DNA of 61,208 nucleotides, the filler included, from a candidate division TA06 bacterium SM23_40 (lineage in GTDB: Bacteria; LJUI01; SM1-40), in assembly GCA_001303705.1 (NCBI GenBank). It is 5 parts of 5 records of this genome, joined end to end, with 100 filler letters (N's around TTAATTAATTAA, not from the genome) between each part and the next. Parts side by side here need not be neighbours in the genome. Positions count along the whole stretch, not along the records: positions 1 to 18,230 come from LJUI01000039.1; positions 18,331 to 32,824 come from LJUI01000004.1; 3 more parts are not named here. One strand, given 5' to 3'. Below, piece by piece: positions 10,089 to 20,339 of this stretch; position 1 is the stretch's first letter; the number at the start of each line of letters is the position of its first letter. The notes under the pieces are model-generated. The model had not been told where the DNA came from. It ran no database searches and saw only the letters and a program-made list of their open reading frames with translations. The position numbers and the translations under genes were made by a program.

Positions 10089-11532
10089 TAGCCCGGGCCT
10101 CGGATGGCTCTGTTCGCGGGAGGGCGCGCGCATTGCAGTTCCGCTCTGCCTTGCAATCCTGGCGCTGGTGATCGGTGTCTCTCTCGCGGGGTCACCCATC
10201 GTCGGGTATGCAGCGCTGGGGGCTTCGGCCCTTGCGCTCCTCGTAGTCATCCTGCTGCACGATCCATTCTGGGGGCTCGCCGCATACATGGTGACGTTCT
10301 ATGTGCGGCCTGGGGAGCTCGTGCCCGCCCTGGCTCCGCTGCATATCGAGCGGGTGGTGGGGCTGCTGGCGCTGGCCGCGCTCATCTGGCATCGACGTAC
10401 AGGGGAGCGGTGGGAGGCACTGAACCATCGCGTCACGCTCATGATGGCGGGTTTCCTCGGCATCATGGCGCTCTCTGTCGTCACGGCATACTGGAAGACG
10501 CTGGCTATCCTGGAAACGATCGAATTCGCCAAGATCCTGGTGGCCTATCTCCTGATCATCGGTCTGGTGAACAGCGAGAGGAGAATGGGGGCGTTTGTCT
10601 GGATCTACCTGGTGCTCATCGGCTGGACCGCCGGGTCATCCCTGTGGGGGTTCTTCTCGGGCGCCAACCGGGGGTTTGCCATGGGGATCGACAGGGCGCG
10701 CGGCCTCGCGCTCGCCTGGGGTCATCCCAACTCCCTGGCGATGACGCTTCTCGCCGCGGTCCCCTTTCTGTACCTGCTCATCCCCGTGGAGCGACGACGG
10801 CCTGCACGGCTAGTCCTCATATTGATCTTTGCGCTCTCGTTGCTGACGATCATGTACACCGGTTCGCGGGCGGGAATGCTCGGCGTCCTCGTCGCGGCGG
10901 TCGCACTCTGGTGGCGGACAGGGAGGCGGCCGGCGATGTTCGTCGGCATTACAGTCGCACTCCTGTGTGCGGCGCTGCTGATGCCATACCAGTACCAGAT
11001 GAGGATGGTATCGATCCTCGACTATCAGCAGGATCCGTCATCTCTCGGCAGGATCGACTCCTGGATCTCCGGCCTTCACATGTTCCTCGACAGGCCGCTC
11101 CTCGGGGTAGGGCCCGGCAATTTCGGCATCGCGCACGGCCTGGCTTACTCCTCTCCCTGGCGTCCGAGCTGGCTCGAGGCCCACAGCATCTACATTCAGC
11201 TGCCGGCAGAACTGGGCCTGGTCGGGCTCGTCTGGTTCGCGGGCATACTCTTCGTTGTCGCACGTGTGAACCGGAAGACGAGGCAGATGCTCGTAGCCGG
11301 AGGGAACGTGTGGAGCTGGCACTACCGGCTGGCAGTCGCGCTCGACATCAGTCTCGTCGTCCTTCTGTTCACCGGGCTGTTCGGGCATAACCTGTACAGG
11401 CCGACCTACTATTTCATCGCGGGGATGTCGGTGGCGCTGGCGTATATCGTCCGTCAGGTCGCAGCCGGGGGGCCTGCAAGTGCGCAGAATAGTGCGCAGG
11501 GAATGAGCAACAAACGTTGGGAAGTGACGTAA
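10066..11532 (+). CDS. O-antigen ligase/Wzy polymerase family membrane protein
   Basis: Many TM segments with HPNSLA, TGSRAG, PLLGVGPGNF and AHSIYIQLPAELG (Wzy_C motifs). Start codon inferred. Confidence 0.88.
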   Translation: MYEKTIDSSPGLGWLCSREGARIAVPLCLAILALVIGVSLAGSPIVGYAALGASALALLVVILLHDPFWGLAAYMVTFYVRPGELVPALAPLHIERVVGLLALAALIWHRRTGERWEALNHRVTLMMAGFLGIMALSVVTAYWKTLAILETIEFAKILVAYLLIIGLVNSERRMGAFVWIYLVLIGWTAGSSLWGFFSGANRGFAMGIDRARGLALAWGHPNSLAMTLLAAVPFLYLLIPVERRRPARLVLILIFALSLLTIMYTGSRAGMLGVLVAAVALWWRTGRRPAMFVGITVALLCAALLMPYQYQMRMVSILDYQQDPSSLGRIDSWISGLHMFLDRPLLGVGPGNFGIAHGLAYSSPWRPSWLEAHSIYIQLPAELGLVGLVWFAGILFVVARVNRKTRQMLVAGGNVWSWHYRLAVALDISLVVLLFTGLFGHNLYRPTYYFIAGMSVALAYIVRQVAAGGPASAQNSAQGMSNKRWEVT

Positions 11533-13004
11533 TGAGCGACCATACCACGCGAATCATCAGATCGGTTGTCCATCCCCTGTGGGCGTTGAAGGACGGAAGC
11601 AGACACCTCTCCTACCTTCGCCTGTACGAACAGACGCAGCACTGGTCGCGCGAGCGCCTGGAGGAGATGCAGTGGCGCCGCCTGGAGAAGCTCCTCTCTC
11701 ATGCGTACGAGTTCTCTCCATTCTATAGGGATCGGTTCCGGAGGTGGGGGCTCGAGCCCCGAGACATCCAATCCCCGGACGATCTTCGCCGTCTCCCTGT
11801 GCTGACGAAGGAGGATATCCAACAGTCAGGACAGCACATGGTCTCGACATCGAGCAGGCGGGAGGAGCTGATCCCGGACATGACCGGGGGCTCGACGGGA
11901 AGGCCGCTTCGCTTCTGCCGTGACCGGTTTGCTGACTCGCACCGCCGCGCGGCGACGTTCCGGCACAATAGGATGGCCGGCTGGAATCTGGGGGATAAGG
12001 TCGGTGTGGTGTGGGGTGCACGGCGCGATCTCGTGGGGCTGCGGGGATGGAAGGCAGAGGTGAGGAGCCGGCTGCTCGAGCGGCAGCGGGTGCTCGACGC
12101 GTCTTCCATGGGCCCTCGGGAGATGGCCAGATTCGGGGAGATCCTGACCCGGTTTCGCCCGACAGTCCTCTTCGGGTATGCCAAGGCGATGGCGATCTTC
12201 GCGCGGTTTCTCAGCGAGACGGGGATCGACGGCATCCATCCCCAGTCAGTCGTTACATCGGCCGAGATGCTGGAGCCCGGTGAACGGCTCCTCATCGAGC
12301 AGGCCTTCGGCTGCCCGGTCTATGACCGGTACGGATGTCGTGAGGTGGGCCTGATCGCAAGCGAATGCGAGTATCGCGGGGGACTCCATATCAACGCAGA
12401 GAGTCTATACGTCGAAATCATGAGCAACGGTGTGCCCGCCAGGCCCGGAGAGCTCGGGCATGTCGTCATCACCGATCTGGTCAATTACGCGATGCCGATG
12501 ATCAGGTATCGGATCGATGACCTGGCCTCGCCTGCCGCCGCATCGTGTAAGTGCGGCCGAGGTCTGCCCCTCATCGATAAAATCGCAGGGAGGACGACGG
12601 AGTTCATCGTCCTGCCGGACGGCCGGCTCGTCTCCGGCGCCTCGCTCACCATCTATCTTGTGGCCAGGATCAAGGGCATCGGGCAGGCACAGCTCATCCA
12701 GGAAGATCCGACAACAGTGAGAGTCCGCGTCGTGCCGGATCACGAGTTCGGCGACGCGACGATCGATTCGTTCTGTGCGCAGGCGAGGGAGATCATGGGA
12801 GATGGCATCTCGTTCCGGTTCGAGCTATGCGACCGTATCGAGAGGGAATCCTCGGGCAAGTACCGGTTCTGCATCTCGAACGTGGCCGGAGACAGGTTCT
12901 CTGCAGGGATCCCTTCATATGATGGCCGTATAGACGACCGGTCCGCGTCGGGCGGGGAGAGGCCGACCGGGGATTCCGTCGAGGCGGACGGAGAGGGGAG
13001 ATGA
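11532..13004 (+). CDS. CapK/phenylacetate-CoA ligase-like adenylate-forming enzyme (copy 1)
   Basis: LPVLTKED, TGGSTG, YGCREVG, MPMIRY, GRTTE and SGKYR; TAATG overlap. Confidence 0.88.
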   Translation: MSDHTTRIIRSVVHPLWALKDGSRHLSYLRLYEQTQHWSRERLEEMQWRRLEKLLSHAYEFSPFYRDRFRRWGLEPRDIQSPDDLRRLPVLTKEDIQQSGQHMVSTSSRREELIPDMTGGSTGRPLRFCRDRFADSHRRAATFRHNRMAGWNLGDKVGVVWGARRDLVGLRGWKAEVRSRLLERQRVLDASSMGPREMARFGEILTRFRPTVLFGYAKAMAIFARFLSETGIDGIHPQSVVTSAEMLEPGERLLIEQAFGCPVYDRYGCREVGLIASECEYRGGLHINAESLYVEIMSNGVPARPGELGHVVITDLVNYAMPMIRYRIDDLASPAAASCKCGRGLPLIDKIAGRTTEFIVLPDGRLVSGASLTIYLVARIKGIGQAQLIQEDPTTVRVRVVPDHEFGDATIDSFCAQAREIMGDGISFRFELCDRIERESSGKYRFCISNVAGDRFSAGIPSYDGRIDDRSASGGERPTGDSVEADGEGR

Positions 13005-14479
13005 CGGTGATCGGTGAGTGTCTCGATCGGTTCGGCCATCTGGCCTCGAAACACGTGACCTATCCCCTGTGGCTGGCGCGGGAGGGCGAGAGCAGAGTCC
13101 TCCGCTACATGCGCGAGTTCGAGGAGGTGCTGTCGTGGCCGCGCCTGAGGATCGAGGATCTCCAGACGAGACGACTCCGGGCGATCGTGCGCCATGCATA
13201 CGAGACGACTCCCTATTATCGTGACCGGTTCGACCGCGCCGGCGTGAAGGTCGAGATGATCAAGGATCCCACGGATCTCCGCCTCATTCCCCGGCTGACA
13301 AAAGAAGATCTCAGGCACCACGCCCACGATCTCATGTCGCGGCATTATCCCCTGGGCAGTCTCTTCAGGAGCGCAACCGGGGGCTCGACGGCGACACCCA
13401 TCCGGTTCTACCAGGATACCGACAGTGTGCTCCGCCGGGTCGCCCACACGCATGTCTTCAATCGCTGGTACGGTCTTGATCTCGGGGAGAAGATGGCGCT
13501 CCTGTGGGGAGCGGCGCAGGATCTGACGGCGATCGATTCCATCAAAGATAGGGTGAAGGAGCGATATATATTCCGCCGCATGATACTTCCCTGCGCGCGC
13601 CTTGATGAGGGGATGCTCGATCTATATGTACGGCGGCTCAGGGAGTTCCGTCCCACTCTGCTCCGCGGATATACGAACAGTCTGTTCGCCCTCGCCCAGT
13701 ACATTCTGGCAACCAAGAGCGAGGTGCCGCTGGAGGCGGTGGTCAGTGCCGCTGAGCCACTCTACCCCTTCCAGCGGCCTGTCATCGAGGAGGCGTTCGG
13801 AGCTCCGCTCTTCGAACAGTATGGCTCTCGCGAGGCAGGCCTGATGGCGAGCGAGTGCCAGGCCCACGGACCGCTCCATGTCGATGCGGCGAGCATCTGT
13901 CTGGAGATCGTCGATCGCGGGGGAAAGGCCGGTAAGGACGATCGTATTGCGACCTCCGATGCGGGGGCTTCGCGCGAGGGAGAAATTCTCGTGACCGATC
14001 TCTTCAACTACGGGATGCCGCTCCTGCGCTATGCCATCGGGGATCTCGGGCGCTGGGACGGCGATGGATGCGGCTGCGGGGCCGGGCTTCCGGCGCTGGC
14101 CCAGGTATCGGGCAGAGTGACGGATTCGATCCTGACGCCGGACGGGACGCTCGTCTCCGGCGCCGCCCTGACCGTCTATCTCGTGGCAGACCGCCCGGGG
14201 TTCAAGCAGCTCCAGGTGGTTCAGGAGAGACTCGAAGGGGTGACGGTTCGTATCGTCCCTTCTGAATCGTACACGGAGTCCGATATGGAATACTTGAGAA
14301 GACAATTGCGGCGGTTCCTGGGCACATCGATGAAGATCGACTACAGATTCGAATCCGAGATACCGAAAGAGGCCTCGGGGAAGTATCGCTACGTTGTCTC
14401 GAGCCTCTGGTCGAGCAGGGCGGAGAGTCCGGGCGCTGCCGATCAGGGCGATGCCGCTACACAAGGAGGAGAGAAGTGA
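13001..14479 (+). CDS. CapK/phenylacetate-CoA ligase-like adenylate-forming enzyme (copy 2)
   Basis: LTKED, TGGSTA, YGSREAG, MPLLRYAIGD, GRVTD and SGKYR. Confidence 0.88.
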   Translation: MTVIGECLDRFGHLASKHVTYPLWLAREGESRVLRYMREFEEVLSWPRLRIEDLQTRRLRAIVRHAYETTPYYRDRFDRAGVKVEMIKDPTDLRLIPRLTKEDLRHHAHDLMSRHYPLGSLFRSATGGSTATPIRFYQDTDSVLRRVAHTHVFNRWYGLDLGEKMALLWGAAQDLTAIDSIKDRVKERYIFRRMILPCARLDEGMLDLYVRRLREFRPTLLRGYTNSLFALAQYILATKSEVPLEAVVSAAEPLYPFQRPVIEEAFGAPLFEQYGSREAGLMASECQAHGPLHVDAASICLEIVDRGGKAGKDDRIATSDAGASREGEILVTDLFNYGMPLLRYAIGDLGRWDGDGCGCGAGLPALAQVSGRVTDSILTPDGTLVSGAALTVYLVADRPGFKQLQVVQERLEGVTVRIVPSESYTESDMEYLRRQLRRFLGTSMKIDYRFESEIPKEASGKYRYVVSSLWSSRAESPGAADQGDAATQGGEK

Positions 14480-16974
14480 GAGTTCTCGTGCTTGACGAGG
14501 AACTCCCAGTTCCACCCGATGCCGGGAAGCGCATCCGGACGCTGAGCCTCCTCTCGCGGCTCGCGCGGAAGAACGAGATCACGTTTCTCGCTCCGGGCGA
14601 TCTTCGGCGTTCGAGCGAGGCGGTCGAGACGCTCCGGTCGGTGGGTCTCCGCGTTATCCTCGTGCCCGTTGCGGGGACGAGCGCGAACGCGAACGCGGAC
14701 GGGGAAGCTCCTGACCAGGGGGGGATCCGGTTTCTCTCGCGCCTGTTGCTGAATATGGGTGAACGCTATCCGTATTCTGTGGTCCGTCATTTCAGCCGGG
14801 AAGTGGAGCGTGCGGCAGTCAAGGCATGGAGCAGCGGGGCATACGACCTCGTCCACTGCGAGTGGACACCTTTCGCTCCCCACCTCCGCCAGCTCGGCCG
14901 CGCTCCCGCGGTCATCATGTGCCACAATGTCGAGTCTGAGATCTGGGGGCGGCAGGCGAGGTATGGATCGAGTTACCTGGCGAGAGCATATTCGTTCTTC
15001 CAGTGGAGGAAGATGGATCGGTTCGAGCGAGAGGCGTTCCGCGAACTCGGGCCTGCGATCGTGGTCTCCGAGCGAGATGGGCAGATACTCCGCAATCGAT
15101 ATGGAGCGACGGTTCTCGGCGTCGTGGAGAACGGTGTCGACACGGACTACTTCACTCCGCACCCCGAGGGGGAGCAGGATGGCGAGGTGGTCTTCGTCGG
15201 ATCGATGGACTGGCGGCCCAACCAGGACGCTGTCAACTACCTCCTCGATGAGATATGGCCGCGTCTCCGGGTGGAGCACGGCGGTCTTCATCTCACGATC
15301 GTGGGGAGGCGTCCTCCGCGGTCGCTCGTCGAACGGTGTGCTCGCACCTCTGATGTCGACTGCACCGGCAGAGTGGACGACGTGCGCCCGTACCTGGAGC
15401 GCGCAGCACTCGTCGTCGTCCCCCTTCGTATCGGCGGGGGGAGCAGGATCAAGATCCTCGAGGCGATGAGTGCGGGGAAGGCGGTGGTTGCGACACGCGT
15501 GGGGGCGGAGGGTCTTGAGGTGGAGCCGGGAAGGCATTGTATCGTGGCCGATAGCCCTCGTCAGTTTGCCGATGAGGTCGGTGCCCTGCTCGTGTGCCGC
15601 GAGCGGCGGACCCGGCTGGGAGATGAAGGTCGCCGGCTCGTGACGGAGCGATACGGATGGGATCGGATGGCGGGGCATCTTCATAGCATGTGGGAGAAGG
15701 CGCTGCGGCAGGACCACAACGGTAACCGCGCGCGGAGAGCGCCACGGAGCGGCGGAAGCGGTGGCCGGCAGTCGGTTCGGGTTTCGTGCCGGGCAGCGAA
15801 GATGCAGGGCGAACGGGTCGGCGCGGTCAGCGTCATGCATCTCCGGGCGAGCGAGTTCGTGGGCGGGCCGGAGAAGTTGATATTGGAGCAGTGCAATGGC
15901 GACAGAGCGGGGAGATATCAGTTCATCGTCACATCGTTCACTGCCCGGAGCAACGGCGACGGGAACGCTCTATTGCGTGCCGCCGCAGAACGCGGCCTCT
16001 CCATCGCTTCGATACAGAGCCGCTGGCGTTTCGATCCATCTGTTGTGCAGCAATTGGCCCGCCTCATCGAGAAGGAAGTCGTCGATATCATCTGTGCGCA
16101 TGGGTACCGGGCTCGCCTGACTGCCTATGCGGCAAGAATCCTCACGGGGAGGCCGGTCGTGGCGGTATGTCATGGCTGGACGGGCGAGGATGCGAAGGTG
16201 CGGATATATGAAACCGTCGATCGAAGAATGCTCCGGTATGCAGACCACGTCGTGGCTGTCTCCCGCTCTATGGAGCGGCAGATACTCGGTCTGGGCGTGG
16301 AGGACGAGCGTATCTCCGTCATTCCCAATTCGATCGAGCTCGCCCGTCGCGGTGCTGGCCAGGGTAATGGGCGGTCCGGCCGCGAAGGGAGACGGGGGCT
16401 GAGGGCCGATCTCGGCATCGGGGAGCGCATACCCCTCATCATCAGCGCCGGCCGGCTCAGTCCGGAGAAGGGTCACCGATTCCTCCTCCGCGCAGTACCC
16501 GCCGTTCTCGAGCAGATCCCGGAGGCCCACATCGCGGTCCTCGGTGAGGGGCCGGAACGCGGGAACCTCGAGGCGATTGCACAGGAGCTGGGCATCGAGG
16601 GCCATCTCTCGTTCCCGGGATTCCGGAGCGATCTGGACGAACTGTGGGAGGAAGTCGACCTATTCGTTCTCCCCTCTCTTTCCGAGGGATTGCCCCTGGT
16701 CATCCTGGAGGCTATGGGCGCAGGGGTCCCGTGCGTGGCGACAGAGGTGGGGGGCGTGCCGGAGGTGATCCGGCACAGGGAGACAGGGATGGTAGTCCCG
16801 GCCGGCTCTCCTTGTGCCCTTGCTCATGCCATCCTCGAGGTGATGAGCGATCTGGAATTGAGGTCGAGGCTCGGCAGGGGAGGCAGGCGCCTGGTGAGGT
16901 CGCGCCATGCATGGTCGAGGAACAGAGAACTTCTGGGGAAGGTCTATGAGCGAGTACTGGCGAAAAGGCGGTGA
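14476..16974 (+). CDS. double-domain glycosyltransferase (two fused GT4 modules)
   Basis: Module 1 has NGVDTDYF, FVGSMDWRPN and GGGSRIKILEAM; module 2 has GGPEK, GRLSPEKG and EGLPLVILEAM. GTG start overlaps the previous stop. Confidence 0.88.
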   Translation: MRVLVLDEELPVPPDAGKRIRTLSLLSRLARKNEITFLAPGDLRRSSEAVETLRSVGLRVILVPVAGTSANANADGEAPDQGGIRFLSRLLLNMGERYPYSVVRHFSREVERAAVKAWSSGAYDLVHCEWTPFAPHLRQLGRAPAVIMCHNVESEIWGRQARYGSSYLARAYSFFQWRKMDRFEREAFRELGPAIVVSERDGQILRNRYGATVLGVVENGVDTDYFTPHPEGEQDGEVVFVGSMDWRPNQDAVNYLLDEIWPRLRVEHGGLHLTIVGRRPPRSLVERCARTSDVDCTGRVDDVRPYLERAALVVVPLRIGGGSRIKILEAMSAGKAVVATRVGAEGLEVEPGRHCIVADSPRQFADEVGALLVCRERRTRLGDEGRRLVTERYGWDRMAGHLHSMWEKALRQDHNGNRARRAPRSGGSGGRQSVRVSCRAAKMQGERVGAVSVMHLRASEFVGGPEKLILEQCNGDRAGRYQFIVTSFTARSNGDGNALLRAAAERGLSIASIQSRWRFDPSVVQQLARLIEKEVVDIICAHGYRARLTAYAARILTGRPVVAVCHGWTGEDAKVRIYETVDRRMLRYADHVVAVSRSMERQILGLGVEDERISVIPNSIELARRGAGQGNGRSGREGRRGLRADLGIGERIPLIISAGRLSPEKGHRFLLRAVPAVLEQIPEAHIAVLGEGPERGNLEAIAQELGIEGHLSFPGFRSDLDELWEEVDLFVLPSLSEGLPLVILEAMGAGVPCVATEVGGVPEVIRHRETGMVVPAGSPCALAHAILEVMSDLELRSRLGRGGRRLVRSRHAWSRNRELLGKVYERVLAKRR

Positions 16975-18016
16975 GATCCCGTTTATTTCGGTGATCGTGC
17001 CCGTGCGGAATGAGGAAGCCTCGATCGGGACGACTCTCGATTCCCTTCTCGCACAGACGTATCCGCGCGATCACTTCGAGATCATCATCGTCGATGGCTA
17101 CTCTTCCGATCGAACGGAAGCGATCGTGCGCGACGCAATGAAGAGAGACCGTATCGTGCGGCTCCTCCGGAATCCCCGTCGCCTGTCGAGCGCGGCGAGA
17201 AACGTCGGCGTACGGGCATCACAGGGGGATGTCGTCGTCGTCATCGACGGACACTGCCGTGTGCCGAGGCGCGATCTCCTCTGGGTGGTGGCGCAGTGTT
17301 TCGAGATGAGCGGCGCCGACTGTCTCGGCCGGCCGCAGCCGCTGTTCGATAAGGGCAACAGTCGGTTCCAGGAGGCGATCGCCCTCGCCCGCGCGAGCTG
17401 GCTGGGGCACAGCCAGAAATCCCACATCTACGGCAAGAAACGAGGATTCGTCAGCCCCGTAAGCGTCGGGTGTGCATACCGCCGGGAGGTGTTTGAGGAG
17501 ATAGGGATGTTCGACGAGCAGTTCGATGCCTGCGAGGATGTGGAGTTCAACTACCGTGTGGAGCGGGCGGGACACGTGAGCTACATCGACCCGCGGCTCG
17601 CCATTGCCTACCGCCCCAGAAATACGCTCGGCGGATTCATCCGACAGATGATGCGCTACGGGCGTGGCCGCTGTCGGTTCCTCAGGAAGCATCCCGAGGC
17701 GATCGACCTCGATGTGCTCGTTCCTCCGGCATTCGCTGTGGGGCTGGGGATCGTCTTCGCAGCGTACAGGACGGACCCTCTCCTGGGAATGGTGCTGGCT
17801 GCGCCATACGCAGGATATCTCGGGATCGTAATGGCCGAGTCGATCGCGGTCGCCGCGGCCAGGAGCTGGCGCTATCTCCCGTACCTGCCAGTCATCTTCG
17901 TTGCCACGCACGTCGGACTGGGGATCGGTTTCCTGCTCGAATGTCTTTCACGCTACGAAGACGATATGTTTCGGATCCCGGATACCGTCACCGATCACAC
18001 CGCGGGGGGAGAATGA
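16946..18016 (+). CDS. glycosyltransferase family 2 (ExoA-like)
   Basis: ISVIVPVRNE, IVDGYSSD, VIDGH, EDVEFNYR and QMMRYGRG; C-terminal TM helices. Confidence 0.9.
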   Translation: MSEYWRKGGEIPFISVIVPVRNEEASIGTTLDSLLAQTYPRDHFEIIIVDGYSSDRTEAIVRDAMKRDRIVRLLRNPRRLSSAARNVGVRASQGDVVVVIDGHCRVPRRDLLWVVAQCFEMSGADCLGRPQPLFDKGNSRFQEAIALARASWLGHSQKSHIYGKKRGFVSPVSVGCAYRREVFEEIGMFDEQFDACEDVEFNYRVERAGHVSYIDPRLAIAYRPRNTLGGFIRQMMRYGRGRCRFLRKHPEAIDLDVLVPPAFAVGLGIVFAAYRTDPLLGMVLAAPYAGYLGIVMAESIAVAAARSWRYLPYLPVIFVATHVGLGIGFLLECLSRYEDDMFRIPDTVTDHTAGGE

Positions 18017-18140
18017 GACGAGTGAGTCACTGGATCGGGGCGATACGTGAGGTGCCCCTATGAGAGGCCTGGATCGCGATCGGCCTGGTATTGGGATGCG
18101 GGTGGGCCCGGACGGACGAGGAGGGGGGAGGTGGGCGAGC

Positions 18141-18230
18141 ATGGATGGCCGACAAGGAATGGATAGCCGGCAAGCAACGGAAGAGGCGGCCGCGAAGAAG
18201 AGACTGCGGATTCTCTTCATCATCGATGAG
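18141..18230 (+). CDS. 5' fragment of a probable glycosyltransferase, truncated by the contig end
   Basis: ...KKRLRILFIIDE resembles a GT4 first strand; start uncertain. Confidence 0.5.
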
Positions 18231-18330
18231 NNNNNNNNNNNNNNNNNNNNNNNNNNNNNNNNNNNNNNNNNNNNTTAATTAATTAANNNNNNNNNNNNNN
18301 NNNNNNNNNNNNNNNNNNNNNNNNNNNNNN
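18231..18330. other. artificial contig-joining linker
   Basis: N-run + TTAATTAATTAA (stops in all six frames) + N-run. Confidence 0.98.
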
Positions 18331-18701
18331 CCGGCCGGGCCGATCTCGCGATCGCGCAGTTCCAGCGAGCTGTCGAGCTCGAGCCGAATCGTTTCGAGAA
18401 CTACGCCAATCTCGCGAGGGCCTATCACCTGGCGGGAAGAGAAGAACTGGCGATGGATGCGCTCGAGGCGGCGGTGAGGCTATCGCCGGGATTCGTTGAG
18501 GGGCGTTTCAGCCTCGCCGGGCTGTACCTGAGACGCGGGATGGCGGAGGAGGCAGTCGCCGAGTACGAGAATGTCATCAGGATAGCCCCCAGAAGCCCCT
18601 ATGCAATAGAGGCACAGATGAGGCTGCAGCAGCTGTACAAGATGCGCGAGGAAGGCGGCGAAGGCCCGGCCGGGAGTGTTGACACGGGAGTGGGACCGTA
18701 G
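18331..18701 (+). CDS. TPR-repeat protein, C-terminal part (5' truncated)
   Basis: AIAQFQRAVELEP, YANLARAY, ALEAAVRLSP and AVAEYENVIRIAP follow the TPR pattern. Confidence 0.85.
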
Positions 18702-18707
18702 TACAAT
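18679..18707 (+). promoter_or_regulatory. sigma70-type promoter for the S8 protease gene
   Basis: TTGACA-N17-TACAAT overlapping the end of the TPR gene. Confidence 0.7.
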
Positions 18708-18878
18708 GAAATCAGTCCATCTGTCTCTTTGCGGATCAGATGCGGTGCTCGTCTCTCCGGTGGCAGGAGATGGAGGTGCGTCGGCCCGGGAGAGATCCGA
18801 TAGGGGATCCGGCCAGGAACTCGAGTTGATGTTGAATCGGGCGGCGGACTCGAACGGACCATGTAGGGGAGGGGAACG

Positions 18879-20114
18879 ATGAGACGGGTATCAGGGATGT
18901 TGGCTGTGGGGGTGGCAGTGATATGTGCTGCTCACACGGGTCATGCGATAGTCGGTGGAACCGATGCCCTGTGGGAAGAGTTCTTCGCCGCCGGGGCTGC
19001 TTACGTGCCCGGCGAGATGCTGGTCAAGTTCAACGAGCATATGGAGGATGACGCGATTAAGGCGCTGATGAATCAGGTCGGCTCGATCATCCTGGACGAC
19101 AGCCCGTGGGTCGATTTCCTCGTCATATCGGTGCCCGAGGACATGACAGTACTGGAGGCTGCCGACTGGTTCGGGGCACGGTCCGAAGTCATCTATGCCG
19201 AGCCGAACTACATCGGGCACGTCTTCTTCACGCCCAATGACCAGTACTATTGGCAGCAGTGGGGTCCCGGCTGCATCGGGGCAGAACAGGCGTGGAACCA
19301 CGAGCAGGGTAACCACTCTGTCACCGTGGCGGTCCTGGACACGGGAGTCGATCTCGACCATCCGGATCTCGATTTCAATGTGGATACATCGATCGACTAT
19401 GATTTCGTCAACGGGGATGATCAGGCGAACGATGACTTCGGTCATGGGACGCACTGCATAGGAATCGTCGCAGCCGAGATCGATAATAGTATCGGGGTCG
19501 CCGGCCTGCAACAGGTGAGGATCATGGCGGTCAAGGTAGCTAACGTGCTCGGCATGGCTACCGCAGGGTGGATCGCCAAGGGCATCAACTATGCAACAGC
19601 CAACGGCGCGGATGTCATCAGCATGAGCTTGGGGATGACCTCCAATTCGAGCGCGATACGCGACGCCTGTCTGGGCGCCTGGAACGGCGGCGTGCTCGTC
19701 GTGGCGGCTGCAGGGAATTCGAACACGTCCACCAGGACTTATCCTGCTGCCTACTCCACCGTCATAGGCGTTGCCGCGCTGGAGACGTGCACGCAGCGCG
19801 CCGGGTACAGCAACTATGGTTGGGAGAACGTGGAGCTGGCGGCGCCCGGGAGTAATGTCTACTCGACCATGCCCACATACCCATGGTTCACGCTCTGGCT
19901 CCTTGGGTACAGCCGCAACTATGATTCGATGAGCGGGACGTCGATGGCGTGTCCCCATGTGGCGGCTGTGGGAGCTGCCTATTTCTGCTATATGCCGACG
20001 ATGACTAATGTCGCAGTCCGCACCCATATGAGAGCTAACGCCGACGACCTCGGGGCTCCCGGGCCAGATGAGTATTATGGGTACGGACGGGTCGACATGT
20101 GGCCCACTGACTGA
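18879..20114 (+). CDS. secreted subtilisin-family (S8, thermitase-like) serine protease with propeptide
   Basis: Signal peptide; catalytic motifs AVLDTG, GHGTH, AAAGN and SGTSMACPHV. Confidence 0.95.
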   Translation: MRRVSGMLAVGVAVICAAHTGHAIVGGTDALWEEFFAAGAAYVPGEMLVKFNEHMEDDAIKALMNQVGSIILDDSPWVDFLVISVPEDMTVLEAADWFGARSEVIYAEPNYIGHVFFTPNDQYYWQQWGPGCIGAEQAWNHEQGNHSVTVAVLDTGVDLDHPDLDFNVDTSIDYDFVNGDDQANDDFGHGTHCIGIVAAEIDNSIGVAGLQQVRIMAVKVANVLGMATAGWIAKGINYATANGADVISMSLGMTSNSSAIRDACLGAWNGGVLVVAAAGNSNTSTRTYPAAYSTVIGVAALETCTQRAGYSNYGWENVELAAPGSNVYSTMPTYPWFTLWLLGYSRNYDSMSGTSMACPHVAAVGAAYFCYMPTMTNVAVRTHMRANADDLGAPGPDEYYGYGRVDMWPTD

Positions 20115-20339
20115 GATGAAGCAACCGCGCGGCCTGCGGGAACCGCGCCTGAGCGGACCGGCGTCCACGGCCGGCACAGACAACGGTCTTTCGCGGGCGG
20201 GGGTGTGCCTCGCCCGCGACAGCATATACTGCTCATACATCACATCCCGCTGGTTCTGGAGACCGTCGAGCAGCCTCTGCGCCCCGAACAGTCGGACAGG
20301 AGCTACTCGCCAGTCTCTCGCCCATTGGGGAGGTAGGCC

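Noticed and set aside
18231-18330. Repeated TTAATTAATTAA motif flanked by Ns (four copies in the window)
   Set aside because: It is an identical synthetic spacer that puts stops in all frames when contigs are concatenated; not biological.
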